Assembly: GCA_031384285.1 (NCBI GenBank)
Contig: JANNAJ010000346.1
Span: 1-40,579, forward strand
Length of the DNA stretch: 40,579 bases
Source: Verrucomicrobiota bacterium
Lineage (GTDB): Bacteria > Verrucomicrobiota > Verrucomicrobiia > Limisphaerales > UBA9464
Direction: 5' to 3'
Part shown: positions 15,957-26,131 of the stretch, piece by piece
Numbering within the stretch: the stretch's first letter is position 1
Layout of the letters: each line of letters starts with the position of its first letter
The notes under the pieces: generated by a model
Told to the model about the DNA's origin: nothing
The model's input: the letters and a program-made list of their open reading frames with translations, nothing else
Database searches by the model: none
Made by a program: the position numbers and the translations under genes

Positions 15957-16967
15957 TCAGATGGTTTTGGGTTCCACCGACGGCTCCAACAGGGCGGCGT
16001 CGATGTTCATTCCGAGGGATAGGCCGAGACCGGTGAGCTTCTCTTTGATCTCGTTCAAGGACTTCTTGCCGAAGTTGCGGTACTTCAGCATCTCCGCCTC
16101 GGTCTTCATGGCCAACTGGCCGACCGAGGTGATGTTCGCGTTGTTCAAGCAGTTCGCGGCGCGGACCGACAGCTCGATCTCGTTGACGCTCATGTTGAGC
16201 AGCTTCCGCAGCTTCGACTTCTCGTCGTCCTGGGGCTTCTGCTCCTCCTCGAACTCGATCGCGTTCTTGTCGTAGCCGACGAACACGTCGAGGTGGTGCT
16301 GAAGGATCGCCGAGGCCTGGGTCAGCGCGTCGTCCGGAGAGATGCGTCCATCGGTCCAGATCTCGATCAAGAGCTTGTCGTAATCGGTCCGTTGACCGAC
16401 ACGGGCCGCCTCGACCGCGTAGCGGACACGGCTCACCGGGGAGAACAGCGAATCGATCGCGATCACCCCGATCGACTGGTCGACCTTCTTGTTCTCGTCC
16501 CAAGGGCAGAAACCGCGGCCGACCTTGACCTCGATCTCCATCTCGAACTTCTTCTTCCGGTCGAGCGTGCAGATCGGCTGGGTCGGGTTGACCACCTCGA
16601 CGTTCTGCTTGAGCTGGATGTCGCCGGCGGTGACGACGCCCTCTTTGTTGGCGGACAACAACAGGGTGACAGGTTCGCGTGACGTCGACTTGAACTTGAT
16701 CTTCTTCAGGTTCAGCACGATGTCCGTGACATCCTCGACGACGCCGTCGACGGTCGTGAACTCGTGCATCGCACCGTCGACCTTGACGGAAGTGATGGCG
16801 CTGCCTTCCAGCGAACTGAGGAGGACCCGCCGGAGCGAGTTGCCGATGGTATGTCCAAAGCCCGTTTCGAAGGGCTCCGCGACGAACTTGGCATAGGTTT
16901 CCGTCGCGCTCGACTCATCCTTGGTCAAGCGCTTCGGCATCTCAAAACGGCCTAGACGAACTGGCAT
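15957..16967 (-). CDS. rpoA: DNA-directed RNA polymerase subunit alpha
   Basis: 336 aa. FVAEPFETGFGHTIGNSLRRVLLSSLEGSAITSVKVDG, and a C-terminal domain with ELSVRAANCLNNANI. Confidence 0.97.
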   Translation of the reverse strand: MPVRLGRFEMPKRLTKDESSATETYAKFVAEPFETGFGHTIGNSLRRVLLSSLEGSAITSVKVDGAMHEFTTVDGVVEDVTDIVLNLKKIKFKSTSREPVTLLLSANKEGVVTAGDIQLKQNVEVVNPTQPICTLDRKKKFEMEIEVKVGRGFCPWDENKKVDQSIGVIAIDSLFSPVSRVRYAVEAARVGQRTDYDKLLIEIWTDGRISPDDALTQASAILQHHLDVFVGYDKNAIEFEEEQKPQDDEKSKLRKLLNMSVNEIELSVRAANCLNNANITSVGQLAMKTEAEMLKYRNFGKKSLNEIKEKLTGLGLSLGMNIDAALLEPSVEPKTI

Positions 16968-17072
16968 ATTTTTTATCGACGCAATTTTAAACTGGGCCGG
17001 ACCGTCTCTGGATCTCCCACGGCGGCAGCCCCATATAATTGCTTTTGTCCCCCTGTTTGAGGGGAGGACGGG

Positions 17073-17681
17073 TTAACGGGAGTAGAATTCGACGACCGCC
17101 TGTTCGTTGGCGATCGGGTTGATCTCGTCACGGGACGGGATGCGCAGCAGGACGCCCTTCAAAGCGGCCTTGTCGACCGACAACCAATCCGGCACCACGC
17201 GGCTGGTGGAGCCTTCCACGTTTTTGCTCGCGAGCTGCTTGCTGACGGTGTGGTCGCGGACCTCGATGACGTCGTTCACCTTCACCGCGTAGCTCGAGAT
17301 GCTGACCTTCCGGCCGTTCACCTTGACGTGCCCATGGCCGACCAGCTGACGCGCCGCAGGACGGGTGAGGGCGAAACCCAGGTGGTACACCAAGTTGTCG
17401 AGGCGGCACTCCAGGATCTGGAGCATCTTCTCGCCGGTGACGCCGCGCATGCGCAACGCTTTCTCATAGACGTTGCGGAACTGGCGTTCTTGGAGGCCGT
17501 AAAAATAGCGGAACTTCTGCTTCTCCAGCAGACCGAGGGCGTAGTCGCTGAACTTGCGACGGGATTTGGGGCCATGGACACCCGGGCCGTAGTTGCGGCG
17601 TTCGAGATACTTCGACGGACCGAAGATGGGGATGCCGAAACGGCGGCTGATGCGGGTGCGGGGGCCGGTATAACGAGCCAT
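17073..17681 (-). CDS. rpsD: 30S ribosomal protein S4
   Basis: MARYTGPRTRISRRFGIPIF...YGLQERQFRNVY...RLDNLVY. Confidence 0.97.
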   Translation of the reverse strand: MARYTGPRTRISRRFGIPIFGPSKYLERRNYGPGVHGPKSRRKFSDYALGLLEKQKFRYFYGLQERQFRNVYEKALRMRGVTGEKMLQILECRLDNLVYHLGFALTRPAARQLVGHGHVKVNGRKVSISSYAVKVNDVIEVRDHTVSKQLASKNVEGSTSRVVPDWLSVDKAALKGVLLRIPSRDEINPIANEQAVVEFYSR

Positions 17682-17717
17682 AAGACGTGCGTATTATCGA
17701 TTACGGTGGAGCGGAGA

Positions 17718-18305
17718 CTAGACGCGGCGCTTCTTGCGCGGACGGCAACCATTGTGCGGTACCGGTGTGACGTCCTTGATCGCCGATATCTCGAGACCGA
17801 TGGCCTGCAGGGCGCGGATGGCAGATTCGCGGCCGGAACCCGGCCCGTTCACCCTGACCTCGACCTCGCGCATGCCGTGGGACATCGCCTGACGGGCGGC
17901 ATCTTGCGCGGCCTGCTGGGCAGCGAAGGCGGTGCTCTTCCGTGAGCCTTTGAAGCCGACGCGTCCCGCGGTGCTCCAGCCGATCACATTGCCCTGCATG
18001 TCCGTGATGGACACCTGGGTGTTGTTGAATGTGGCAAGGACGTTCGCGATGCCGATCGAGATGTTCTTGGCGCCTTTGACCCTTACGATCTTCTTGGCAT
18101 TGGGATCATCACCGAGCAGCTCCGCCGCCGTCGGCGTGGCGACCGTCGGTGCGACCGGAGCGGCCACGGCACCCGCGGCGACAGGCGCCGTGGTCTCTTC
18201 CGCAGCGCCAGTCGCCTTCTTGGCCGGCTTCGTAGCCGGAACCGTCGCGGCGTCGGCGCCGTCCTTCTTCACAGGAGCCTTCTTGGGCTTAATCTCGTCA
18301 GCCAT
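17718..18305 (-). CDS. rpsK: 30S ribosomal protein S11 with a roughly 65-aa Ala/Pro/Lys-rich N-terminal extension
   Basis: The core is [29 protein letters not shown]...[11 protein letters not shown]...[13 protein letters not shown]. The N-terminus is low complexity. Confidence 0.95.
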   Translation of the reverse strand: MADEIKPKKAPVKKDGADAATVPATKPAKKATGAAEETTAPVAAGAVAAPVAPTVATPTAAELLGDDPNAKKIVRVKGAKNISIGIANVLATFNNTQVSITDMQGNVIGWSTAGRVGFKGSRKSTAFAAQQAAQDAARQAMSHGMREVEVRVNGPGSGRESAIRALQAIGLEISAIKDVTPVPHNGCRPRKKRRV

Positions 18306-18324
18306 AATCGTTCGTCAGATAAGT

Positions 18325-18720
18325 TTACTTGCCGGCGGCCTTGGCCGCCATCGCACGTTGCACGCCGACGGTCTTCCGCGGGCCCTTGCGGGTCCGGGAG
18401 TTCGTCTGGGTGCGTTGCCCGCGCACCGGGAGGCTGCGGAGATGGCGCTGCCCGCGATAGCACTTGATCGCCTGCAACCGCTTGAGGTTGATGCCGAGTT
18501 CCCGGCGCAGGTCGCCCTCGACGACATACTTGCCGTCCTGGATCGCGTTCACGATCAGCGACATCTGCTGTTCGGTCAACGTCTTGGCACGGGTCGCCGG
18601 ATCGATCCCGGCCTTGGCCAAGATGACCTTGGCGTTCACCGGACCGATGCCGTAGATGTAGCGGAGGGAGATGTCCACCCGCTTGTCACCCGGAATATCA
18701 ACACCTAGAATACGTGGCAT
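18325..18720 (-). CDS. rpsM: 30S ribosomal protein S13
   Basis: [27 protein letters not shown]...[26 protein letters not shown]. Confidence 0.97.
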   Translation of the reverse strand: MPRILGVDIPGDKRVDISLRYIYGIGPVNAKVILAKAGIDPATRAKTLTEQQMSLIVNAIQDGKYVVEGDLRRELGINLKRLQAIKCYRGQRHLRSLPVRGQRTQTNSRTRKGPRKTVGVQRAMAAKAAGK

Positions 18721-18732
18721 AGCTCAAATGGT

Positions 18733-18846
18733 TCAGCCTTGGCGCTGCTTGTGGCGCGCGTTGGAGCAGATCACACGGATGATGCCCTTTCGGCGCACAA
18801 TCTTGCAATTCTCACAAAGTTTTTTTACTGATGCTCTGACTTTCAT
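18733..18846 (-). CDS. rpmJ: 50S ribosomal protein L36 (zinc-ribbon type)
   Basis: Not in the ORF track. Own translation of the minus strand gives [37 protein letters not shown] followed by a stop. It has the CxxC...C...H pattern and sits between map and rpsM. Confidence 0.9.
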   Translation of the reverse strand: MKVRASVKKLCENCKIVRRKGIIRVICSNARHKQRQG

Positions 18847-18870
18847 CTTAAAATCCTTGCTCTCACCATC

Positions 18871-19641
18871 TCAATACATCGGCGGCAATCCATCCTTCGT
18901 CAGGATCTCCGCCTCCCCGTCGGTCACCAGAACGGTGTGCTCGAAATGCGCCGACAACTGCCGGTCCTTCGTCACCACCGTCCAACGGTCGCCCAACACC
19001 TCCACCGCCGCACCGCCCGCGTTGACCATCGGTTCGATGGCGATCGTCATGCCGGCCCGTAGCCGCACATCGTTCCGCGGATCCACGTAGTTCGGCACCT
19101 GCGGTTCCTCGTGGACCGACCGGCCGACACCGTGTCCTACAAATTCCCGCACGACGCTGAATCCTGCGGCCTCGACCCGCTTCTGGACAGCCCGCGAAAC
19201 ATCACTCACGCGGTTCCCCGCCCGCGCAAAGGAGATCCCGTCATAGAGAGCTTGCGTCGTCACGTCCATGAGTTTCTGCCCTGCGGGCAAGCATCCCCCG
19301 ACCGCGACCGACATCGCGACATCCCCCACGAAACCTTTGTACCGGACCCCGATGTCGAGTTTCACGAGGTCCCCGAACTGCAGCCTCCGGGCGTTCCCGA
19401 TCCCGTGGACCACGGCCTCGTTCACCGAGATGCAGCACTGCCCAGGAAAACCGCGATAGCCGAAGAACGCACTCACCGCTCCTTGGGCCTTGATCAGATC
19501 GCCAACTTTGGAATCCAGCTCCAAGGTGGTCATGCCCGGTTCCACGAGCGCTATGGCCGACCTAAGCACCACCGCTGCCAGCCTTCCGGCTTCGCGCATC
19601 GCGGTGATCTCCGAGGAGTTCTTGGTGATCACGCTTCCCAT
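18871..19641 (-). CDS. map: type I methionine aminopeptidase
   Basis: Track ORF 18871..19686 starts at a TTG. The ATG at 19641 is preceded by AGGTGG. Motifs are VVHGI, DIG, FVGHGVG, IEPM and EHTVLVT (metal ligands). Confidence 0.93.
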   Translation of the reverse strand: MGSVITKNSSEITAMREAGRLAAVVLRSAIALVEPGMTTLELDSKVGDLIKAQGAVSAFFGYRGFPGQCCISVNEAVVHGIGNARRLQFGDLVKLDIGVRYKGFVGDVAMSVAVGGCLPAGQKLMDVTTQALYDGISFARAGNRVSDVSRAVQKRVEAAGFSVVREFVGHGVGRSVHEEPQVPNYVDPRNDVRLRAGMTIAIEPMVNAGGAAVEVLGDRWTVVTKDRQLSAHFEHTVLVTDGEAEILTKDGLPPMY

Positions 19642-19733
19642 GGTCCACCTTTGGTCGTCGCAAGAATCGGCGCCAAGCCGATCCAAAGTGATGTCCCGAC
19701 CCTAAAAATTAAAAGAACAGACACTGGCAGACC

Positions 19734-21122
19734 TCAACCCACCCGGCCCTTGACACGACCCTTTTTCAAAAATCCGTCATAGTGCCGCATCAAGAGATAC
19801 GACTCCATCTGCCGCATCGTGTCCAAAAGGACGCCGACCGTGATCAGCATGGAGGTGCCTCCAAAAAACTGGGCGACCGTGTAGTCGATGCCAAGATACT
19901 TGGACATCAGTGTCGGGATGGTGGCGATGATCACCAAGAAAATGGCGCCGGCCAAGGTGATCCGGCTCATCGTCCGATGGAGAAAATCACTGGTCTGGCT
20001 GCCAGGACGCACCCCGGGGATGTACCCACCGTGCTTCTTCAGGTCGTCGGAGACCTGGAGTTCGTTGAATTGGGTAGCGACCCAGAAATACGAGAAGAAC
20101 AAGATCATCAAAGCGAACAGGAACAGATACAACCATCCGTGTTCGGAGAGCGAGACCCCTAGAGCGGTCAAGAAGCTCAGCTTATAGAGTTCACCCAGCT
20201 TCGTGAAGATCATGCTCGGGAACATCAAGATCGCTTGGGCGAAAATCACCGGCATGACACCCGCGTAGTTGACACGCAGCGGCATGAAGGAGGTTCCTCC
20301 GGAGAACACCTTCCGACCGACCGCCCTTTGAGCGTACTGGACCGGGATCTTCCGTTGAGCTTGGGTGATCGCGATGACACCTGCCACGACCACGCCGAGA
20401 CACGCCACCAAGAGGAACGCCGTCGGCCATCGGGCCGCCTGCTCGACACCCTCAGGGGGGAAGAACATCACCTGGAGGGACTTCAAGGCCAAAGGGAGGC
20501 GGGCCAAGATGCCGATGGTGATGATCAACGAGACACCATTGCCCACGCCGCGCTCAGTGATCTGCTCTCCCAACCACATCAACAGGAGGGTACCCGTCGT
20601 CAGGACCACCACGGTTTGAGCGCGATACCACCAAATATTCGCGTCTGCAGGAATCAAAGTTCCCGTGAAACCGGAGAACGTTTTGTCGGGATGCTCCCAG
20701 CCCAACGTCATGACCAATCCTTGCCCGAGGCACAGCAGAACGGTCAGATAGCGTCCGTAGGCGATGATCTTGGCGCGTCCACCCTCTTCGCGGGCCAACT
20801 TGCTCAACGCCGGGATGACCGCGGTCAACAACTGGATGATGATTGTCGCGCTGATGTAGGGCATGATGCCCAACGATCCGACCGCGCATTTCTCGAGCGC
20901 GCCCCCGGTGAATAGGCTATAGAGCCCGACCACAGAGTTGCCGCCCGCCGATTGGGACTGGCTCTCGAAGAAGAGCGACAGCGCGTTGCCATCGAGCCCC
21001 GGAATCGGCGTCATGGCGATCAGCCGGCAGACACCAAGGACCAAAGCCGTGAAGATAATCCTCGAGCGCAGCTCGGGAATCTTGAAGCAATTGGCGAATG
21101 TCTGGAATAACTGGCCGAACAT
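19734..21122 (-). CDS. secY: preprotein translocase subunit SecY
   Basis: 462 aa, multi-pass membrane protein. LGIMPYISATIIIQLL...GRAKI...YGRYLT, in the conserved position after rplO. Confidence 0.97.
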   Translation of the reverse strand: MFGQLFQTFANCFKIPELRSRIIFTALVLGVCRLIAMTPIPGLDGNALSLFFESQSQSAGGNSVVGLYSLFTGGALEKCAVGSLGIMPYISATIIIQLLTAVIPALSKLAREEGGRAKIIAYGRYLTVLLCLGQGLVMTLGWEHPDKTFSGFTGTLIPADANIWWYRAQTVVVLTTGTLLLMWLGEQITERGVGNGVSLIITIGILARLPLALKSLQVMFFPPEGVEQAARWPTAFLLVACLGVVVAGVIAITQAQRKIPVQYAQRAVGRKVFSGGTSFMPLRVNYAGVMPVIFAQAILMFPSMIFTKLGELYKLSFLTALGVSLSEHGWLYLFLFALMILFFSYFWVATQFNELQVSDDLKKHGGYIPGVRPGSQTSDFLHRTMSRITLAGAIFLVIIATIPTLMSKYLGIDYTVAQFFGGTSMLITVGVLLDTMRQMESYLLMRHYDGFLKKGRVKGRVG

Positions 21123-21144
21123 GATACGCTATGATTGGACCGTC

Positions 21145-21597
21145 TTAGGAGACCACTTCCGCGGTCCCGCCCAGTTTTTCGATTGCCGCTTTCGCGGTGG
21201 CGCTGAACTTGGCGGCCTTCACATGAAGCTTCTTGGTCAGTTCACCGGCCCCGAGGATTTTGATCTTCAGCTTCTTCTTGCCGCTCGCGAGCCCGGAGGA
21301 CCGCAGGAGTGCCTCGTCGATGGTGGCTCCATCATCGAACTCGTTGAGGAGCTCCAAGTTGATGGGCAGATACTCGGTGCGGAAGGCGTCGTTGTTGAAA
21401 CCGCGCTTGGGCAGACGCCGGATCAACGGCATCTGACCGCCTTCGAACCCGATGCGGATCGAGCTACCGGAGCGGGCTGTCTGGCCCTTTCCACCGCGAC
21501 CGGACGTTTTACCGTGGCCGCTGGATTCACCGATGCCGTAACGCTTCTTGCGATGCTTCGCACCCGGGCGAGGCTTAAGATTATGGAGGCGCATCAT
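21145..21597 (-). CDS. rplO: 50S ribosomal protein L15
   Basis: LHNLKPRPGAKHRKKRYGIGESSGHGKTSGRGGKGQTARSG. Confidence 0.96.
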   Translation of the reverse strand: MMRLHNLKPRPGAKHRKKRYGIGESSGHGKTSGRGGKGQTARSGSSIRIGFEGGQMPLIRRLPKRGFNNDAFRTEYLPINLELLNEFDDGATIDEALLRSSGLASGKKKLKIKILGAGELTKKLHVKAAKFSATAKAAIEKLGGTAEVVS

Positions 21598-21599
21598 AC

Positions 21600-22235
21600 T
21601 CAGGAGGTCTTCTTGGTGAGCCGGGCTTCCAAGCCGCGGGCTTTATAGATGTTCTCGCGGCGACGGAGCTGCAGGAGCGCCTTCAACGTGGCCTTGGCGA
21701 CGTTCGCGGCGTTCTTGGAACCCAAGGACTTGGACAGGACGTCCTTGATCCCGACCGACTCGACGATGGCGCGGACCGTCTTTCCGCAGATCAAGCCGGT
21801 ACCGGGGCTCGCCGGACGGAGGAGCACCTTGGCGCCGCCGAAATGGGAATAGACCTCGTGGGGGATGGTCTTGTCCTTCAGGGACACGGCCAACAGGCGC
21901 GATTTGGCGTTTTCGCCGCCCTTACGGATGGCTTCGCTGACCTCTTTGCCTTTCCCGAGGCCCAAGCCGACACGACCTTGACGGTCGCCGACCACGATCA
22001 AAGCGCTGAAGCTGAAACGACGACCGCCTTTGACGACCTTCGATGAGCGGTTGATGAACACCGTCTTCTCGGCGAACTCGCCCTTGTCATCGCCGCTGTC
22101 TCCACCCGGACGGCGAGGCCGACGCGGTCCACGGGGTCCGCCCCGGTCGAAGCGTTGTTCCGGACGGCCTTGAGGCGCCTCGGCGGGCACAGCGGCCGCC
22201 GGCGTCGGGGTAACATTTGTGATATCGTCAGCCAC
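21600..22235 (-). CDS. rpsE: 30S ribosomal protein S5 with an N-terminal Pro/Arg/Gly-rich extension
   Basis: GTG start at 22235 preceded by GGAGGA. The core is [39 protein letters not shown]. Confidence 0.95.
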   Translation of the reverse strand: MADDITNVTPTPAAAVPAEAPQGRPEQRFDRGGPRGPRRPRRPGGDSGDDKGEFAEKTVFINRSSKVVKGGRRFSFSALIVVGDRQGRVGLGLGKGKEVSEAIRKGGENAKSRLLAVSLKDKTIPHEVYSHFGGAKVLLRPASPGTGLICGKTVRAIVESVGIKDVLSKSLGSKNAANVAKATLKALLQLRRRENIYKARGLEARLTKKTS

Positions 22236-22255
22236 TATAGATTCCTCCGTTTGGA

Positions 22256-22618
22256 TTAAAACTTGAGACCGGCCTCGCGAGCAGCATCGGCAAGCGCCTT
22301 GACTTTGCCGTGGTACTTGGCCGAACCGCGGTCGAACACGACCTCGGCGACACCCTTGGACTTGGCCGCTTCGGCGGCTGCTTTGCCGATGATGGCGGCG
22401 GACGCCACGTTCGCACCCTTCACCCCGGCGTGGGCAGCCTTGTCCCGGCTGCTGACGGCGGCGACGGTATGCCCGGCGGCGTCATCGATGAACTGGACGT
22501 AGATATGCTGCCCGGTGAACTTCACGCTCATCCGGGGCCGCTCAGAGCTGCCGCTGACCTTCTTACGGACGCGCCAATGGCGGAGCTGGGCGAGTCGCTG
22601 CTTATGTTCGGTTCTCAT
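22256..22618 (-). CDS. rplR: 50S ribosomal protein L18
   Basis: RHWRVRKKVSGSSERPRMSVKFTGQHIYVQFIDD...VVFDRGSAKYHGKVKALADAAREAGLKF. Confidence 0.96.
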   Translation of the reverse strand: MRTEHKQRLAQLRHWRVRKKVSGSSERPRMSVKFTGQHIYVQFIDDAAGHTVAAVSSRDKAAHAGVKGANVASAAIIGKAAAEAAKSKGVAEVVFDRGSAKYHGKVKALADAAREAGLKF

Positions 22619-22654
22619 TCTGAGACGGAAATCAGTGGTTGAAGGATAAACACC

Positions 22655-23191
22655 TTACTGGACGGTCTTGCCTTCCTTGCGTATGACCTTCTCGCCGACG
22701 TAACGGACACCTTTGCCCTTGTACGGCTCGGGAGGATAGTAGCTGCGGATCTCGGAAGCGACTCGGCCGACGACCTCTTTGCTGGCGCCGTCAATCGTGA
22801 CCTTCGTGTTCTCTTCGACCGTCACCTTAATCCCGGCGGGGATCGGGTAGAGGATCGGGTGGCTGTAACCGAGAGAAAGGTTCACCACGGCGCCCTGGAC
22901 CGCGGCTTTGAAGCCGACGCCCTGGATCTCTAGCTTCTTCTGGAAGCCGTCGTTCACGCCCTTGACGAGATTGTTTACCAAGGCGCGGGCGAGACCGTGC
23001 ATGGCCTTCGAGCGGGAAGTGTCGTCTGCCCGCTGGATGAGGACGTTTCCGCCATCGACCTTGGCGGTGGTCAAGGCTGGAAGTTCAAGCTCAAGCTTGC
23101 CCTTGGGGCCTTCGACGGAGACACGGTTCCCGGCGACGGTCACCTTGACCTTAGCGGGGATCACTACCGGGGTTTTGCCAATACGGGACAT
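22655..23191 (-). CDS. rplF: 50S ribosomal protein L6
   Basis: MSRIGKTPVVIPAKVKVTV...GYSHPI...PEPYKGKGVRY. Confidence 0.96.
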   Translation of the reverse strand: MSRIGKTPVVIPAKVKVTVAGNRVSVEGPKGKLELELPALTTAKVDGGNVLIQRADDTSRSKAMHGLARALVNNLVKGVNDGFQKKLEIQGVGFKAAVQGAVVNLSLGYSHPILYPIPAGIKVTVEENTKVTIDGASKEVVGRVASEIRSYYPPEPYKGKGVRYVGEKVIRKEGKTVQ

Positions 23192-23200
23192 ACGAATCCT

Positions 23201-23587
23201 TTACCAAACGAAGCAGACGAGCTCTCCACCGATGTTTTGTTTGCGCGCCTCGGTCCCGGTCAGGAGGCCTTTCGGGGTCGAAAGGATGGCGACACCCATG
23301 CCGCCCAAGACACGAGGAATCTCCGAGCTGCTCACATAGCGGCGGAGCCCAGGCGAGCTGATCTGTTTGAGGCCGACGATGACGTTCTGTTTGCCTTGGT
23401 ACTTCAAGCGGAGCTTCATCCGTTTGATGGTGGTGCCCTCGACCGTGACGGAAGAGATGTAGCCCTCGTCCTTCAAGATCTGGGAGATGGACTCCTTCAT
23501 CTTGGAATGAGGGATGACCACTTCGGCGTGCTGGGCGAGACCCGCGTTGCGGATGCGGGTCAGAAGGTCTGAGATCGGGTCGTGCAT
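23201..23587 (-). CDS. rpsH: 30S ribosomal protein S8
   Basis: MHDPISDLLTRIRNA...STPKGLLT...GGELVCFVW. Confidence 0.96.
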   Translation of the reverse strand: MHDPISDLLTRIRNAGLAQHAEVVIPHSKMKESISQILKDEGYISSVTVEGTTIKRMKLRLKYQGKQNVIVGLKQISSPGLRRYVSSSEIPRVLGGMGVAILSTPKGLLTGTEARKQNIGGELVCFVW

Positions 23588-23599
23588 GGCGGCAAATGG

Positions 23600-23869
23600 T
23601 TACCAACTGGCCTTGATCACGCCCGGGATGAGCCCGGCGAGAGCGGCTTCGCGGAAAGTGAGACGGGAGCAGGCGTACTTGCGGAGATACCCGCGGCGAC
23701 GACCGCTGAACTTGCAGCGGTTCACGACCCGCACAGGGCTGGCGTTCTTGGGAAGCTTCTGGAGACCGAGATAGTCGCCTTTGGCCTTCAACTCCGCCCG
23801 GATGGCGGCGTATTTCTTGACCGTCTCCTGTTTCTTGAGGTTGCGTTCGCGCCAGGATGTTTTGGCCAT
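23600..23869 (-). CDS. rpsN: 30S ribosomal protein S14 (long form without a zinc-binding Cys cluster)
   Basis: [14 protein letters not shown]...[28 protein letters not shown]...KASW. Confidence 0.95.
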   Translation of the reverse strand: MAKTSWRERNLKKQETVKKYAAIRAELKAKGDYLGLQKLPKNASPVRVVNRCKFSGRRRGYLRKYACSRLTFREAALAGLIPGVIKASW

Positions 23870-23888
23870 ATGATGTCTCTGGGAAAGT

Positions 23889-24428
23889 TTACTTGGAGAA
23901 CGGCATGCCCATCAACTTGAGGAGATCGTACGCCTCTTCGTTGTTGTCAGCCGTGGTGACGATGGTGATGTCCATCCCCTGCTGCCGCTTGATCTTCTCG
24001 AGCTCGATCTCGGGGAAGATCGTCTGGTCGGGAAGGCCGAGCGAAAAACTGCCCCGTCCGTCGAACTGACGGGCCGAGATCCCGCGGAAGTCGCGGATGC
24101 GCGGTAGCGTCGAGGTCACCAAACGGTCGAAGAACTCATACATCACATCGCGGCGGAGCGTGACGCGGCAACCGATGGCCTGGCCTTCGCGGAGCTTGAA
24201 GTTCGCGACGCTCTTCTTCGCCTTGCAGACGACGGGCTTCCTGCCGGTGATGGAGGTCATGTCCTTGACCGCCTCCTCGACCGAGCCTTTCTCGGCAGAT
24301 GCGCTCACGCCCATGTTGACCACGATCTTCTCGATGCGCGGGATCTGGTGCACGTTCGTGTAGCCGCGCTTCTCCTTGAGCGCTGGGACCACTTCTTGGA
24401 CGTACTTCGTGTAGAGACGGGGCTTCAT
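23889..24428 (-). CDS. rplE: 50S ribosomal protein L5
   Basis: [19 protein letters not shown]...[21 protein letters not shown]...FRGIS...[10 protein letters not shown]. Confidence 0.96.
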   Translation of the reverse strand: MKPRLYTKYVQEVVPALKEKRGYTNVHQIPRIEKIVVNMGVSASAEKGSVEEAVKDMTSITGRKPVVCKAKKSVANFKLREGQAIGCRVTLRRDVMYEFFDRLVTSTLPRIRDFRGISARQFDGRGSFSLGLPDQTIFPEIELEKIKRQQGMDITIVTTADNNEEAYDLLKLMGMPFSK

Positions 24429-24442
24429 GGCGGTCTAGGAGA

Positions 24443-24766
24443 TTATCGGGTTTGTTTGGAACGCTTCGCGCTCCGGCGTTCGAACTCCTCGACCTTCATC
24501 ACGTTCGAGGAATGGATGGAGCCCTCCAACCAGAGAAGCCCGCCTTCCGGGTTCTGCTGGCTCTTGGTGAGATGATGCAGGACAGGCTTCACCAGACGGC
24601 GTTTCTCGTCGTTCTCCTTGCTCCGTTCATCGGAGCCCTCGAGGACCACGGCCGCCTTCTTGTTGAGCACTTCCTTCACCTTGCCGCGCCGCCCTTTGGC
24701 GGAACCTGCGATGACGACGACCTCGTCCCCGCTGCGGATATGCAATCGTTTTGTTTCCACTTTCAT
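24443..24766 (-). CDS. rplX: 50S ribosomal protein L24
   Basis: KOW motif IRSGDEVVVIAGSAKGRRGKV. It sits between rplN and rplE. Confidence 0.93.
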   Translation of the reverse strand: MKVETKRLHIRSGDEVVVIAGSAKGRRGKVKEVLNKKAAVVLEGSDERSKENDEKRRLVKPVLHHLTKSQQNPEGGLLWLEGSIHSSNVMKVEEFERRSAKRSKQTR

Positions 24767-24779
24767 GGTTCGTGTAGCG

Positions 24780-25145
24780 TCAGATCACCTCAGGAGCGAG
24801 CGAGATGATCTTCATGAACTTCTTTTCGCGCAGTTCCCGGGCGACAGGTCCGAAGATGCGGGTCCCCTTGGGGTTGTGGTCCTTGTCGATGATGACGACG
24901 GCGTTCCGGTCGAACCGGACATACGACCCGTCGGCCCGGCGGATGATCTTCTTGGTCCGCACGACCACGGCGTCCTGCACCTCGCCCTTTTTCACGGAGC
25001 CGTCCGGGGCGGCTTCCTTGATGTGGACCTTGATCACGTCACCCACCTCGGCGTAACGTTGGTTGCGGCCGAGCACACCGATGACCCACGCGATCTTCGC
25101 GCCGGTATTGTCGGCGACGTCTGCACCTGAGCGTACTTGAAGCAT
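24780..25145 (-). CDS. rplN: 50S ribosomal protein L14
   Basis: VADNTGAK...[24 protein letters not shown]...[28 protein letters not shown]. Confidence 0.97.
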   Translation of the reverse strand: MLQVRSGADVADNTGAKIAWVIGVLGRNQRYAEVGDVIKVHIKEAAPDGSVKKGEVQDAVVVRTKKIIRRADGSYVRFDRNAVVIIDKDHNPKGTRIFGPVARELREKKFMKIISLAPEVI

Positions 25146-25160
25146 AGGATGTCTTTCAGT

Positions 25161-25448
25161 TCAGGGTTTCGCTTTGCTCGACCCATCGGGGTTGAGCACC
25201 TCGACCAAACGCCAGCACTTCGTCTTCGACAACGGCCGGGTCTCTTGGATCCTGACGATGTCACCGACGGAGGCGAGCTCCGCGTCGTCATGGGCGTAGA
25301 GCTTCTTGTAGCTCGTCACGACCTTCTTGTACTGCGGGTGCTGGAAACGGCGCTCGACGCGGACGACGATGGTCTTGGTCATCTTGTCGGAGACCACTTC
25401 TCCGACGCGTTCTTTGCGGTGACCGCGGACTTGGGTTTGCTCAGCCAT
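25161..25448 (-). CDS. rpsQ: 30S ribosomal protein S17
   Basis: [29 protein letters not shown]...YAHD...[20 protein letters not shown]. Confidence 0.95.
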   Translation of the reverse strand: MAEQTQVRGHRKERVGEVVSDKMTKTIVVRVERRFQHPQYKKVVTSYKKLYAHDDAELASVGDIVRIQETRPLSKTKCWRLVEVLNPDGSSKAKP

Positions 25449-25454
25449 AGTTCG

Positions 25455-25664
25455 TCAAGCTTTCGGAGCGGCGGTTTTCTTGCGCAATTCGGTCAGACGG
25501 GTCTGACCACGGGCGATCTCCTTCCGCAGCTCGCGGATACGGTGCGGCTTCTCGAGCCGGGCGGTCGCCTTCTGGAGTGTAAGATTGAACAGCTCCTGCC
25601 GCAGATCAAGGCTCTTCGCCTTGAGTTCCTGCGCGGACAGATCGCTGAAAACAGTTTTAGCCAT
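25455..25664 (-). CDS. rpmC: 50S ribosomal protein L29
   Basis: Internal ATG at 25664 of track ORF 25455..25910. MAKTVFSDLSAQELKAKSLDLRQELFNLTLQKATARLEKPHRIRELRKEIAR. The upstream part of the ORF overlaps rplP out of frame. Confidence 0.93.
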   Translation of the reverse strand: MAKTVFSDLSAQELKAKSLDLRQELFNLTLQKATARLEKPHRIRELRKEIARGQTRLTELRKKTAAPKA

Positions 25665-25674
25665 GTGGTCTTCC

Positions 25675-26094
25675 TCAAGCCAGCTTGCGCCGGACGATGA
25701 ATTTCGTGGAGATAGGGAGCTTGGTGGAGGCCAGACGCATCGCCTCGCGGGCGACCGCCTCGGTGACACCGTCCACCTCGAACAGGATGTTCGCGGGGCG
25801 GATGACCGCGACCCAGGATTCGACGGCGCCTTTGCCGGTGCCCATCCGGACCTCGAGCGGCTTCTTGGTGTAGCTCTTGTCGGGGAAGACGCGGATCCAC
25901 ACCTTGCCACGGCGCTTCATGTAGCGGGTCACCGCGACACGAGCCGCCTCGATTTGCTTGGTGTCGAGCCAGCAACGTTCCAACGCCTGCAGGCCGTACT
26001 CACCGAACGCGACCGCGTTCCCGCGGGACGCGAGACCGGTCCGGTGACCGCGGTGCATTTTCCGATACTTTACTCTGGCCGGCATCAAAGCCAT
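25675..26094 (-). CDS. rplP: 50S ribosomal protein L16
   Basis: [17 protein letters not shown]...[26 protein letters not shown]...[11 protein letters not shown]. Confidence 0.97.
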   Translation of the reverse strand: MALMPARVKYRKMHRGHRTGLASRGNAVAFGEYGLQALERCWLDTKQIEAARVAVTRYMKRRGKVWIRVFPDKSYTKKPLEVRMGTGKGAVESWVAVIRPANILFEVDGVTEAVAREAMRLASTKLPISTKFIVRRKLA

Positions 26095-26131
26095 AAACGC
26101 TCTCTTCTAGAAATGGTGGTTGTCGGTGGAC

